NCBI GenBank assembly: GCA_041946925.1
Contig: JBHGBI010000009.1
Coordinates: 719 to 64,718 of the forward strand
DNA length: 64,000 nucleotides
DNA from: Syntrophales bacterium
GTDB taxonomy: Bacteria > Desulfobacterota > Syntrophia > Syntrophales > UBA4778
Reading direction: 5' to 3'
The first letter of the stretch is position 1. Each line of letters starts with the position of its first letter. Of this stretch, positions 1 to 10,246 are shown piece after piece. The translations under genes and the position numbers were made by a program. A model generated the notes under the pieces. It did no database searches. It was not told the origin of the DNA and was given only the letters and a program-made list of their open reading frames with translations.

Positions 1-395
1 ATTACAATACAGTGCTTGGCGAACGGGGAGACCGTCTGTCTGCTGGAGAAAAACAGAGAATAGCTATCGCGCGAGCCCTTTTAAAGAACCCGCCCATACT
101 TATCCTCGATGAGGCAACTTCCGCCCTGGATGCCAGGACAGAAGCGCTTGTCCAGGAGGCCCTGCATAATCTTACAGCGGGGCGGACCACTTTCATAATA
201 GCCCACCGATTAAGCACGGTTGTATCGGCCGGCCGCATCCTGGTAATGAAAGACGGACGGATTATTGAGGAAGGAAAACATTCGAAGCTCATGTCCCGCA
301 GAGGTTATTACGCCTCCCTGGTCCAGCAGCAGATCCGCGGTCTGCTTCTTGCTGAGACGGAGTATCTTTCCGCCTCCGACCGGCTGTTACATTAA
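1..395 (+). CDS. ABC transporter ATP-binding/permease protein, C-terminal part (5' end outside window)
   Basis: Signature [14 protein letters not shown], Walker [14 protein letters not shown]-loop IIAHRLST; the frame is open to the window start. Confidence 0.93.
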   Translation, partial: YNTVLGERGDRLSAGEKQRIAIARALLKNPPILILDEATSALDARTEALVQEALHNLTAGRTTFIIAHRLSTVVSAGRILVMKDGRIIEEGKHSKLMSRRGYYASLVQQQIRGLLLAETEYLSASDRLLH

Positions 396-609
396 CTGGC
401 ACTCGATGTTGGACATCAGCATTATAGTCTCGCTCAGGTATATTGATCCATCTCTCCCCTCTGACAATTAAGATATCTTTCCCGGGTTTTCATCTCCATC
501 ATCCTTTTCCCGAACCGGTCAGGCATTTCGAACTTTAAAATCAGATTATCCCTGATATCCATGGCAGTGTGGTTTGTTCTATTTAAGTTATGGGCCTTTG
601 GAGGCGTTC

Positions 610-921
610 ATGAAAAGAAGAAAGGGATATTTTCTTGCTCTAGCCTGTATGTTTATTCTCCCGTATATTTCATACCTGCCCTCAGACTGTAACGCGGGGT
701 CGGACCTCAATGCCGCCGGAAGGAGCCCCGTGGCCGTTTTCAGCGCTAGCCTGCAGCTTCACCTTGCCCTGCCGCCCTCCGCTCATGAGGAAAAAGAAAA
801 CAACGAGCCCCAGGAACAAACGGAAACACAGGAAACGCCGCCTGAAGAAGAGTCGCCTCCTCAAATCGAGATCACCCCGGAAAGACAGCAGCTTATAGGC
901 TCAAAGTCCGGCATGACTTGA
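610..921 (+). pseudogene. Truncated N-terminal fragment of a CusB-like heavy-metal RND periplasmic adaptor
   Basis: RBS GGAGG before ATG 610; signal-anchor-like N-terminus and acidic linker, then EEESPPQIEITPERQQLIG, resembling the CusB-type motif (V/I)EI..E(K/R)QQLIGVKT; stop follows 6 codons later. Confidence 0.55.
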
Positions 922-1108
922 TCCGCCGCCTGTCATTTACCTTGTATCAGTGAGCATAAACCGATACAAATATACCGGAAGGTGAACTTGCGTTGCGACT
1001 GAAAGGCGCTTTTTCCACTGTCTGTCAAGCACATTGGCTCCGGCAGCCTCGAAAAAAGTTGAATTCTTTCTATGTTGCTGATAATATCAAATTTGGAGGT
1101 GATCGAAA

Positions 1109-1288
1109 ATGTTTGGAATAGGAATGCCGGAGTTAATCATCATATTGGTTATAGCACTGATCATCTTCGGGCCTGGCAGACTCCCGGAGATGGGTAACGC
1201 CATCGGCAAGGCCATCAAGGGCTTCAAGAAGGCCATTAACGAACCGGAAAATAAAGAGGACGGCAAAGCCGATTCTCGAAAACAATAA
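1109..1288 (+). CDS. tatA: Twin-arginine translocase subunit TatA/E (59 aa, below the ORF-track cutoff)
   Basis: Own translation: [42 protein letters not shown]; RBS GGAGGT. Confidence 0.95.
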   Translation: MFGIGMPELIIILVIALIIFGPGRLPEMGNAIGKAIKGFKKAINEPENKEDGKADSRKQ

Positions 1289-1313
1289 AAAAATAAACAG
1301 GCATGGACAAGCC

Positions 1314-1356
1314 GGGGCATGTCGCCACTGTTCCATCCAGACATGCCCCTATTTTT
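1314..1356 (+). terminator. Intrinsic terminator after tatA
   Basis: 10-bp stem GGGGCATGTC/GACATGCCCC followed by TATTTTT. Confidence 0.75.
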
Positions 1357-1400
1357 GTGATTTTTCCCCGGGCAGGCGTGTCATAAAACAGGATCTTTCA

Positions 1401-2285
1401 ATGGACAACGAAAAAGGACACAGGAAACCCGATCCCGAAGATATCGCCGGAGGGCAGGCTGTCCTGGAAGGCGTCATGATGCGGCATGGAAATAAAATTG
1501 CCGTGGCTGTCAGAAAGCCCGACAGGGAAATCGTGGTCCGGGAACAGTATCATGTACCGCTGGCCAAACGGAACAGATTTCTCGGCTGGATGTTTATCCG
1601 TGGATTCGTCACGCTGATCGAAATGATGGTCATAGGCGTAAAAAATATCCTGCTCTCATCTGAATTCGCCTTGAACGAGGGCGAGAAAAAACCACAGGGA
1701 TGGGAAATAGCAACATCTCTTATCATGGGATTCGGGGGTGGCTTATTTCTCTTTATTATTATCCCTGCTTACTTCTTTACGGTCTTGAAGGACTCCATAT
1801 CCAACGTATTCCTCCTGAACGTAGTGGAGGGCTGCATCCGCCTGGGTGTCTTCCTCTGTTTTTTAAGTGCGACCCTGCTGATGGAAGACATGCGACGGGT
1901 GTTCATGTATCACGGGGCCGAACATAAGACAGTATTTGCCTGGGAGGAAGGGCAGGAATTGACCCTGGAGAATATCAGGAAATATTCCACCCGTCATCCC
2001 CGCTGCGGTACGAGTTTTATTCTGGTTGTCATGATCGTCTCCATTCTGGTATTCTCATTGCTCGGCAGGCCTGATTTCCTGCACAGAGTATTTTACAAAC
2101 TTTCGCTTCTCCCGGTTGTTTCCGGAATTTCATACGAGGTCATCCGGTTTACCGGAAAACATAGAGACTGGAAATGGGTGCAAATCCTGAGCTGGCCGGG
2201 ATTGCTCCTGCAGCGGATTACGACGAGGGAACCCGCCGACGATCAGATTGAAGTGGCAGTGGCCGCGATGAAGAAAGTAATATGA
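1401..2285 (+). CDS. DUF1385 (YqhQ-like) membrane protein
   Basis: GGQAVLEGVMMR, YHGAEHK, HPRCGTSF, LQRITTREP motifs. Confidence 0.9.
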   Translation: MDNEKGHRKPDPEDIAGGQAVLEGVMMRHGNKIAVAVRKPDREIVVREQYHVPLAKRNRFLGWMFIRGFVTLIEMMVIGVKNILLSSEFALNEGEKKPQGWEIATSLIMGFGGGLFLFIIIPAYFFTVLKDSISNVFLLNVVEGCIRLGVFLCFLSATLLMEDMRRVFMYHGAEHKTVFAWEEGQELTLENIRKYSTRHPRCGTSFILVVMIVSILVFSLLGRPDFLHRVFYKLSLLPVVSGISYEVIRFTGKHRDWKWVQILSWPGLLLQRITTREPADDQIEVAVAAMKKVI

Positions 2286-2337
2286 TCCGCAGCCATGTCG
2301 AGATTGCCGCCGGAATCCGCCCCTATGGGAGAATTCA

Positions 2338-3216
2338 ATGTCGTTTAACAATTCTATCGCCGCCGCCCGAACCGTCAGGTGCAGGCGGATATCAGCCCTT
2401 TTTGTCTTGTGTGCTGTGGCGGGACTTGTACTGTCTTGTTTTTCGATCCCGGCCGGCCATGCCGATGAACAGTGGAGATCGCTGGGTTCCGGCATTGAAT
2501 ACGGCCTCTTGCGGATAACCCCTCCCCCTGAGGCGGGAGAAAGCACGATTCACGTCGTCCGCGTGGACCCTGCAAGAGCCAGATTGAAACTTCTCCTCTC
2601 CTCCGAATACGGCGGAATATCACGAAGCGCGGGCCGGTGGTGCGAGGATTTCAAACTGGTTGCGGCAATCAACGCGGGAATGTACCGGAAGGATATGTCA
2701 ACCAATGTCGGATACCTCAAGAACCGCTCGCATTTACAGAACAAGCACTGGGCCAGCAGGTACAAGTCCGCGCTTGTCTTTGACCCCAAGAGAGCCGGTC
2801 TGCCCCAAGCGGTGGTAGTCGACCTCGACGAGGCGAACGCGATGAAACAAGTCGAGAACTATCATTGCGTGGTTCAGAATCTGCGTCTGATGAAGGGAAA
2901 CGGAGTGAATGTATGGGACGGATCCGAAAGCAAGTGGAGTGAAGCCGCGGTCGGCATGGACGGGGAAGGACGTATTCTCTTTTTATTCTGCCAATCCCCG
3001 TTCAACATGAAACGGTTCAACGCGGCGGTCAAATCTTCCGGTCTGGGAGTGGTTCGGATGATGCACGTGGAAGGCGGGTCAACCGCGAGTCTATCGATCA
3101 GGACAAAGGATATCTCTCTTGACCTTGCCGGAAGTCACGAAGAGAAAGTCCGGGACGACGGCGGAAATAACGGCCAATGGCCGATTCCCAATGTCATCGG
3201 AGTCAAGGAGCGTTAG
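2338..3216 (+). CDS. Exported phosphodiester glycosidase (DUF2233-like) family protein
   Basis: Signal peptide, AAINAGMY, EAAVGMDGEGRILF, MHVEGGSTASL (LDGGGS-like), WPIPNVIGV. Confidence 0.75.
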   Translation: MSFNNSIAAARTVRCRRISALFVLCAVAGLVLSCFSIPAGHADEQWRSLGSGIEYGLLRITPPPEAGESTIHVVRVDPARARLKLLLSSEYGGISRSAGRWCEDFKLVAAINAGMYRKDMSTNVGYLKNRSHLQNKHWASRYKSALVFDPKRAGLPQAVVVDLDEANAMKQVENYHCVVQNLRLMKGNGVNVWDGSESKWSEAAVGMDGEGRILFLFCQSPFNMKRFNAAVKSSGLGVVRMMHVEGGSTASLSIRTKDISLDLAGSHEEKVRDDGGNNGQWPIPNVIGVKER

Positions 3217-3448
3217 AAGATTCCTCGAAAATGCTTATCCGATCAGGTTCGCTGCAAGCGTTTTTCTCCGAACATCTTTTCCCCCATTCGTACTCTATCG
3301 CGTACTTCATGCAGCGCGAGAAGACATTGAAATCGAAATCCGGACATTCCACTATCTCACGTGCCTTTAGGCCCCCCACTCCAGGATATCGCTCCGCATC
3401 CCTCTGATATTTGCCTTTTCCACCGCCCCTCTTTTTAAATAATGGATT

Positions 3449-4366
3449 TTGACCGAAAATCGTGATAGCAGGAGCGGCATAAAAGACATGGATGCGAAAT
3501 TGTTAAAGGACTTCTACACGGCGCTTATCGTCGAAGGGGGCGCACTGCGCGGCATCTTCTCCACGGGGGTACTGGATGCTTTTCTGGAAGCGCGATTCAA
3601 TCCCTTTGATTTTTATATCGGCGTTTCCTCAGGTGCATCCAATCTCGCCGCATACCTGGCCGAAATGAGAGGGCGCAATCACAGGATATATACAGATTAT
3701 TCACTGCGGCCGGAGTTTATCAGTTTCGCCAGGTTCTTCCGCGGGGGGCATCTGCTGGACCTCGACTGGCTATGGGATATAACCATACGGGAAATCCGTC
3801 TCGATCTTTCCGTCATCTATTCGAGGGGAAAACCCTTTATAGTCGTCATGACGGATGTGCAGACAGGGGAGGCGATTTACAGGCCCACCTGCGCTCAGGA
3901 CATCGAGCATGTCCTCAAAGCCTCCAGCGCCGTTCCACTCTTTTACCGGGATTACCCCATAGTTGACGGCCATCCCATGACGGACGGCGGAGTAGCGGAT
4001 GCAATACCCGTGAGCGAGGCGATCCGCCGGGGGGCCCGGCATATCATGGTCATTCGATCACGCCCCCGGGAATACGTTAAACGCCGCGGACCTTCCGATT
4101 TCCTCCTGCAGTGGTACCTGAGACGGACCCCCTTACTTCGAATGGCGATTAGAGGGCGCGTAAATCGCTACAACGAAGCCATTGCGCTCATCCGCAAACC
4201 CCCGGACGGCGTTTCGATAATTGAAATCTGTCCGCCCAAGAATTTCCGTGTCTCACGGCTGAGCCAGAACCTCGCAATCCTTGAAGAAGGTTACGAGCAG
4301 GGGCGCACAGCCGCCGCCGAAGCCATGGCCCGCTGGCAGGCATTGAAGAAGTCGTCTCCTTTCTGA
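3449..4366 (+). CDS. Patatin-like phospholipase (YjjU type)
   Basis: EGGALRG oxyanion loop, GVSSG nucleophile motif, DGG motif; true start may be ATG 3488. Confidence 0.9.
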   Translation: MTENRDSRSGIKDMDAKLLKDFYTALIVEGGALRGIFSTGVLDAFLEARFNPFDFYIGVSSGASNLAAYLAEMRGRNHRIYTDYSLRPEFISFARFFRGGHLLDLDWLWDITIREIRLDLSVIYSRGKPFIVVMTDVQTGEAIYRPTCAQDIEHVLKASSAVPLFYRDYPIVDGHPMTDGGVADAIPVSEAIRRGARHIMVIRSRPREYVKRRGPSDFLLQWYLRRTPLLRMAIRGRVNRYNEAIALIRKPPDGVSIIEICPPKNFRVSRLSQNLAILEEGYEQGRTAAAEAMARWQALKKSSPF

Positions 4367-4401
4367 AATAACCATGCTCGCCGGATTCGCATGTCCCGAA
4401 T

Positions 4402-4441
4402 GTTTAATGATCTTTTAATCGGACTGTAATCATTCTGTAAC
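4402..4441 (+). promoter_or_regulatory. Pho-box-like direct repeats upstream of the phosphate transporter
   Basis: GTTTAAT/TTTTAAT/CTGTAAT/CTGTAAC at 4402, 4413, 4424 and 4435 (exact 11-bp period); PhoB consensus is CTGTCAT-N4 repeats. Confidence 0.7.
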
Positions 4442-4465
4442 ATTTAAATATTAAGTAAATTTCCC

Positions 4466-5533
4466 ATGTACGCGCCGGATGTCCGGCCCTGTACTCAGAT
4501 TATCATGTCGGATCTGCTTTGGACCATGGATAATTATTCTCCAGCCTTCGTCATCCTCATAATATTCACCGCTCTCTCCTTTGATTTCATCAACGGCTTT
4601 CACGATGCAGCCAACTCGATAGCAACAGTCGTTTCGACCCGCGTGCTGAAACCTCACCAGGCGGTCCTCATGGCTGCCTTCTTCAATTGCATCGCCGGAC
4701 TTTTCATCAGCGTTCAAGTGGCGAAGACGATCGGTACAGGCATTATCGACCCCTCGGTCGTCGACAACACTCTGATTCTGTCGACCCTGGGAGGAGCCAT
4801 CATCTGGAATTTGATCACTTGGTGGATGGGCCTGCCCAGCAGTTCTTCGCATGCCCTGATAGGAGGTCTGATCGGAGCGGGCATAATGAAAGGGGGGACC
4901 GAAGTACTCGTCTGGGAAGGGATTATAAAGACGACGTTTTTTATTTTTCTGTCACCGGCTATTGGATTGGCTCTCGGTCTTTTCATGATGATTCTGGTCA
5001 TGAATATAACGCAGCGCAGCGAAAGCCAGGTCAGCCGGACAAATCAAATATTCAAGAGGCTTCAGCTTTTCTCGGCTGCAATTTACAGTACGAGCCACGG
5101 AATGAACGATGCCCAGAAAACCATGGGAATCATAGCCCTCGTCCTCTTCAGCAGCGGATACTTAGGGCCGACATTCTATATACCCTACTGGGTGGAAATT
5201 ATCTGCTATCTGGTCATTGGGGCGGGGACCATGGCCGGCGGCTGGAGAATCGTCAAGACCATGGGCACGAAAATAACGAAACTGGAACCAGTCGGCGGAT
5301 TCTGCGCGGAAACCGCGGCGGCGAGCGCTATTATCGGCGCATCCCTGGCCGGCATACCCGTAAGCACAACGCATACGATTACCGGGGCCATCATGGGAGT
5401 GGGTTCCGCGCGGAGGCTTACGGCTGTGAGATGGTGGATCGCGGGAAACATCGTTTGGGCGTGGGTTTTGACCATACCGGTATCTGCGGCCGTTTCCATG
5501 GCCCTTTATTTTTTATGGACCAGGGTTGTTTAA
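4466..5533 (+). CDS. pit: Inorganic phosphate transporter, PiT family
   Basis: NGFHDAANSIATVVSTR, GLPSSSSHALIG, HGMNDAQK, GIPVSTTH; start may be 4505 or 4526. Confidence 0.95.
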   Translation: MYAPDVRPCTQIIMSDLLWTMDNYSPAFVILIIFTALSFDFINGFHDAANSIATVVSTRVLKPHQAVLMAAFFNCIAGLFISVQVAKTIGTGIIDPSVVDNTLILSTLGGAIIWNLITWWMGLPSSSSHALIGGLIGAGIMKGGTEVLVWEGIIKTTFFIFLSPAIGLALGLFMMILVMNITQRSESQVSRTNQIFKRLQLFSAAIYSTSHGMNDAQKTMGIIALVLFSSGYLGPTFYIPYWVEIICYLVIGAGTMAGGWRIVKTMGTKITKLEPVGGFCAETAAASAIIGASLAGIPVSTTHTITGAIMGVGSARRLTAVRWWIAGNIVWAWVLTIPVSAAVSMALYFLWTRVV

Positions 5534-5575
5534 ATATAGTTACGAACAACTTCATTCGGATGATTAAAAACTCGT

Positions 5576-8500
5576 TTACATATTAAACCAGGGGTCACCC
5601 TTTTCTGATCTTATCATTTGTACGACAGGATGCGCCGTAGCGCCATAATCAACCGGTTTTTGATTAGCCCCCGCTGAATACTTTGAAGTCATATATTTTT
5701 GCATCTCGCCGGCCATATGCCCCGCCGCCGCATTTTTCCCCATCCCCTTTGAACTGTTCCATGTTTCATGGAGCTTCTGGTTTATTTCCGCGGCCATCAA
5801 GTCTGTCGTCCGCTGATCCGACGACCGCCCTGAAACCCCTGTCGAAGCATTCCCCGAAATCACCCCTAATCCGCCCTTCACGGAAACCCCGGCGGAAATC
5901 AAAGAGGAATTTTCGCCTGTCCCCGTTCTCCCTTCGTAAGGCGAAAGATCATGGGCCAGTTTACTCGATATCGCCGCGAACGCCGCCTCGCGTTCCTGGT
6001 CGGTGCGCGCATTCACGATAGGGCTGAAGAGCTCCGGCGTCCCCCTGAGGGCCATCTGGAGGCTGTCTCCCACTTCCAGCGTCCCGTGATCGATCGTGGT
6101 GGTCTTTATCTGTTCAGTCACGTCTTTTACGCCTCTCCAGCTGCGGTAGCCGACCTCGCTGGTGTGGAGAGCATATGCCTGCTCACGATAGCCGCGTAAG
6201 GCCGAAATGAATCCAAACCTGCCGCCGGCAGCATCAAATCCCGCATCGACCATATCACTGCTTCTGGCGTTGAAACCTTTGTAACCCTGGGCCTGCATGT
6301 GTTTATTGAGGTTAGCGGCCATTTTGTCGTTGAGAGAGAACCGAAGCCGCCCATGTGTCTGTTCAGCAAATTTGAGAAATGCGGCATCGGAGGAATCACT
6401 CATTAATACACCCGCCATTTTTCTCACAGCCTGATATTTTGCCACCTGGTCGAGCGATTGGGCCGTAAGAGAACTGCGATAGGCCGGATCTCCAGCGCCC
6501 TTGAGAGAATCCAGTCTTGCAAGCGTGGAAAGGGCATCCATGTGGGCTATGTACTGTCCCGCGCTTTCCGCCGTATAACCATCATTCATCATATCATGGA
6601 GCTTCTGGGCGCCCTGTACATTATGAAAATCCGCTGCCGCCTTATACGCCATCGATATATCGCCGCCAAAGTGATCCTTCGCGAGTCGACCCATTGTCGA
6701 ATCATAAGATTTGAGGTCCTGGTAATTCTTCATCGTACTGATTTTTTCCATAGAGATCATGAAATCGCCGAGGGAGCCTCTGAATCCTGTTGCTTGCATC
6801 GTGTTTCGCATACCATCTATTTGAGCAAATGTCCTCGCCGGACTCAGAGAACCAAGGTCCCGGGCAGCTCTCATTATATTGCTTTGAGTGGCTCCGCCTT
6901 CCATGTGCGCTGCCCGATCGGAAACCGCCTGCAGAAATCCCGCTTCCTGGCCGCCGTAGATCGCCCCGCTCCGGCCCCATTGGTCCACGGACATCTGTCC
7001 GTATTTTTCTGTGCCCGCGATGATTTCAGATGTTTTCTGGTGCGCCATGGCATCCTGCAATTGCTGGGCTCCTCCTGCATGGTCCATAGCCCCAAAGCCG
7101 CCTGCTATATCGGCCCCCTCGCGCGCCGTCATAAGTGAAGCGCGTTTGGAAAAACTGTACTTTCCGGCATTGGCGATCGTGGGTATACTTTTAAGCAACT
7201 TTTGGTATTCATCGGATACATGCTCAGGCTCTATCGACTTCATTGCGGCCTGTCCGGCGGCTGCCTGGAGTGAACCAGTAACATTGCCTGCCATCATCGC
7301 GAGCGCGTGGCCTCCGAATTTTACGACTATGCCCGTGATTACGGTCGCAAGCATAATGCCGGCGGTCTGCAACTGACCAAAGATGGCCAACCCCTTCTCG
7401 GCCGCCCCGGGGGTATTCATGATAGCTGCAAACCCGAGCTTCTGCTGCCTTATGCCTTCAAAAGCCTGCACTGCATAATCGGTTGCGATCCCGTGAATTA
7501 TGGCATCGGTTATCCCCCAGCAAGTCAGCCATACAAAAAAGCCGATCATTACCGAAAGCGCCTTGATACCCACACCCGTAGGCACGAGAAGCGCCATGAA
7601 CGGGATAAGCCCGACAGCTACTGCCGTAAAGACTCCGCGCATAACCGGGAGCCATTCCCGCGCCACAAGCCCCATTGCGATACCCCCGGCCTGGAGGTTC
7701 TGCGCCGCGAACGTCTTAAGAGGCGTATCCGGATTAGCATCAACCAGAGCTTCGTTCAGCTTCTGTGCCATACCGTACTGGCGCAGAACCCATTCCGGCG
7801 CTGCTACGCTTATAGCCCCCTGGTAAATCACATTTGACACATAATCCGTCAGGATTTTCCTGCAGCTCTGAAGCTCATTTGCATTGTAGGGATTATAACC
7901 GGCCCTCGAACAGACGTCGCTCACCGCATCAGTAAAACTGGATTGATCCATCAGCCCGTTTGCCAGATTGATCCATGAATCCGTGCATGATACCGGCTGC
8001 CCGTTCTTGTTTGCAGAATCATACCAGAGGGTGAAGATCGCCGGGCTCGCCGCCTCCTGGAATTGATCGATAAAATTGGTGCTGTTGCTTTTGATATCGT
8101 CCATGCTGAGATTGGTGCCTGGCCTGTTGAACTCAAAGAACAGGCAGTCTTTTATATATCTCTTCAGTGATTGCTCAAAAAATGCGTCCTTGATTTTTAC
8201 GGATCCTGTCGTCGCCTGCAGGATCGACTTGAAACCGATTCCCGAGGCTGAATACTGGTAAGCAGAGGGATCGCTGGATGTGTGTACGATATCCACAATT
8301 CCTCGCTCCACCCTGTTCAGTATACCGGCTACGGCGACCAGGCCGTCAGGGATTCCCGCCACCGCCTGAAACCTGTTCAATGTCGGGTCATAGACAGTCA
8401 GCTGTCCCTTGTGAGAAATGAGCGCGATGTATATCAATATCCCCACCCCGATCGGCGCCATCCAACCAAGGGCGGAGCCTTTGCCTCCTCTGAGGAGGTT

Positions 8501-8725
8501 GAAATATGCCGTCCCGCCCCCCAGCACAATGGCGAGGACTATTACCGAGAAGAAAAGCGCCTGGTATCCGCCATCGCTGAATATGAGAGCTATTTTCTGA
8601 AAGGCCGTGGAAACGGCAAGAAAACCACCGTAAGTGTAGTACTCCATATTGAGGGCGAACGCATCCCGGGCGATGAAAATACTGCCCAGAACAGATAACG
8701 TGAAAACGGTTCTTCGTGTTCGCAT
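5576..8725 (-). CDS. traG: Conjugal transfer mating-pair stabilization protein TraG (TraG_N domain plus long C-terminal region)
   Basis: MEYYTYGGF..AFQKIALIF start, VPDGL-like IPDGLVAV, YQAVSDVC region, multiple TM segments; follows traH. Confidence 0.88.
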   Translation of the reverse strand: MRTRRTVFTLSVLGSIFIARDAFALNMEYYTYGGFLAVSTAFQKIALIFSDGGYQALFFSVIVLAIVLGGGTAYFNLLRGGKGSALGWMAPIGVGILIYIALISHKGQLTVYDPTLNRFQAVAGIPDGLVAVAGILNRVERGIVDIVHTSSDPSAYQYSASGIGFKSILQATTGSVKIKDAFFEQSLKRYIKDCLFFEFNRPGTNLSMDDIKSNSTNFIDQFQEAASPAIFTLWYDSANKNGQPVSCTDSWINLANGLMDQSSFTDAVSDVCSRAGYNPYNANELQSCRKILTDYVSNVIYQGAISVAAPEWVLRQYGMAQKLNEALVDANPDTPLKTFAAQNLQAGGIAMGLVAREWLPVMRGVFTAVAVGLIPFMALLVPTGVGIKALSVMIGFFVWLTCWGITDAIIHGIATDYAVQAFEGIRQQKLGFAAIMNTPGAAEKGLAIFGQLQTAGIMLATVITGIVVKFGGHALAMMAGNVTGSLQAAAGQAAMKSIEPEHVSDEYQKLLKSIPTIANAGKYSFSKRASLMTAREGADIAGGFGAMDHAGGAQQLQDAMAHQKTSEIIAGTEKYGQMSVDQWGRSGAIYGGQEAGFLQAVSDRAAHMEGGATQSNIMRAARDLGSLSPARTFAQIDGMRNTMQATGFRGSLGDFMISMEKISTMKNYQDLKSYDSTMGRLAKDHFGGDISMAYKAAADFHNVQGAQKLHDMMNDGYTAESAGQYIAHMDALSTLARLDSLKGAGDPAYRSSLTAQSLDQVAKYQAVRKMAGVLMSDSSDAAFLKFAEQTHGRLRFSLNDKMAANLNKHMQAQGYKGFNARSSDMVDAGFDAAGGRFGFISALRGYREQAYALHTSEVGYRSWRGVKDVTEQIKTTTIDHGTLEVGDSLQMALRGTPELFSPIVNARTDQEREAAFAAISSKLAHDLSPYEGRTGTGENSSLISAGVSVKGGLGVISGNASTGVSGRSSDQRTTDLMAAEINQKLHETWNSSKGMGKNAAAGHMAGEMQKYMTSKYSAGANQKPVDYGATAHPVVQMIRSEKGDPWFNM

Positions 8726-8743
8726 GATCGCCCTGGAACTGAA

Positions 8744-10210
8744 TTATGATTGCGTTGCTACTACGATCGCCAGACCCGGGTTGAATCGTCGCGACAGGTC
8801 CTGCTCCGCCATCTTCTGAAATTCCTGTATTTTTCCTGCAAAATTGTAATGCTGAAGGAGTTCGTGGATGGAAGCAGTGTACATGGGCCACAGATTTTTC
8901 GACGACTCATCGAGTTTCTTTTTCAGGTCTGAAATGAAGTCCTGAGCATCGGAAAATATGACTGCCTGGCACTGGTGCGGTCCGGCGCCCTCCTTTACCC
9001 CCCTTGACGTGTTCGAAATAGTCTTCTCGGCCGCCTCGACGTAATTTCTTGCCATGCTGTCCATGTCGGCTATCATCCGAATTGCCAGGGCCTTCGCCAT
9101 GAGGTCGGACAATGAGGATAAAAGAGTGCTCTCCTGCCCTGTCAGTACCGCAACTTTGATGATCGGGTGAACTTCTATAGGCAGGGAGGCCATGAAAGCG
9201 GCATCCTCATCAGACAGGAGTGTCCTATCTTTCATGCTCTTCACCACTCGGGTAAGCCGGTCATTTACATACTTGACGAGGTTGGCTTTTTCGTCCGGCT
9301 GCTTAACACATTTTTCCTCCGCTGTTCCCCCCACCGGCCTGACATAAACATTGCCCTTCAGGAAATCTTCCATCGACATGGTGTTATTCTCCGGGCAGGG
9401 CCGCATTCTTCCAATAACAAGGCTGCCATCCGCCTCACTTATGAGCGCATCCCCATATTTGCCCGCGAGCATGTTTATGAAAGCTACGGACGATATCCCC
9501 ATCTTGTTGCTGAGGTTCGTCATCATGGAACCCGGCCGGAAAACGTCCTTGAGGGCGTCCGGACACCCTTCGGTCATTTTAGCCGGTGTCGCATCGGAAG
9601 AGGGTTTTCCTCCGGAGGCGCTGATGAGGCCCGAACTGGCGGCATACAGGTCCTTGATGCCCGATTTGGTCAGAAACTCGTTTTGGGCGTCTCCGAGATC
9701 TTTTTTCAGTTTTTCATTCGTCAACAGCGGCGTCGCCGCGTAAGCTACCAAAGCCTTCCCGGCCTGACATTCATCAAGCTGAAGACTATTAAGGGCGTTC
9801 ACCATTCCCTCCAGGGATTTGAGGGTCTCAGATCCCTCCGGCCAGAGGGCCTTGAGCGCGATATCGAAAGCGAAAGCGGGCGCGACCTGCATGATCCTCT
9901 GCAGCTTGGTCACCAGGTAATCGAAATTCAGGAAGCTCAGTCCCCCCAGAAAAATGTCGATGCCGCCGCAGCCGCCTTTGAGTCTCGGCCTTTCAATGGT
10001 AGTCAAATAATCCGATTGATTCTGCCAGCGGGCGCTGAATCCTCCAGCGGTGATGTAGCCGCGGTCCCTCCCCTTCTCGTATCCGGGCGCTGTGCTCTGG
10101 CGCTGGTCGATCCAGTCGTCCACCCAGCCCGCATATATGGCAACCGGCAAAACCGATGCCAGGACGATAATCAAGACCAGGATGATCAAGCGGTGCTTCC
10201 TGCTTTTCAT
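8744..10210 (-). CDS. traH: Conjugal transfer pilus assembly protein TraH
   Basis: RGYITAGGFSARW, PRLKGGCGGIDIFLGGLSFLN, LNSLQLDECQ. Confidence 0.92.
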   Translation of the reverse strand: MKSRKHRLIILVLIIVLASVLPVAIYAGWVDDWIDQRQSTAPGYEKGRDRGYITAGGFSARWQNQSDYLTTIERPRLKGGCGGIDIFLGGLSFLNFDYLVTKLQRIMQVAPAFAFDIALKALWPEGSETLKSLEGMVNALNSLQLDECQAGKALVAYAATPLLTNEKLKKDLGDAQNEFLTKSGIKDLYAASSGLISASGGKPSSDATPAKMTEGCPDALKDVFRPGSMMTNLSNKMGISSVAFINMLAGKYGDALISEADGSLVIGRMRPCPENNTMSMEDFLKGNVYVRPVGGTAEEKCVKQPDEKANLVKYVNDRLTRVVKSMKDRTLLSDEDAAFMASLPIEVHPIIKVAVLTGQESTLLSSLSDLMAKALAIRMIADMDSMARNYVEAAEKTISNTSRGVKEGAGPHQCQAVIFSDAQDFISDLKKKLDESSKNLWPMYTASIHELLQHYNFAGKIQEFQKMAEQDLSRRFNPGLAIVVATQS

Positions 10211-10246
10211 GTTATTACCTCCCTTTTTCAGACAATCTTCCCGGCG

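Noticed and set aside
3217-3410. Small Cys-containing minus-strand reading frame (ECPDFDF..RCMKYA..WGKRC) and plus ORF 3177-3407
   Set aside because: No in-frame start with RBS and no recognisable family
5530-5600. Possible dif/Xer site at the traG end (as for the Neisseria GGI)
   Set aside because: ATATGTAAAC resembles a XerD arm but is simply the last traG codons; no matching XerC arm at 6-bp spacing and no partner at the other cluster end
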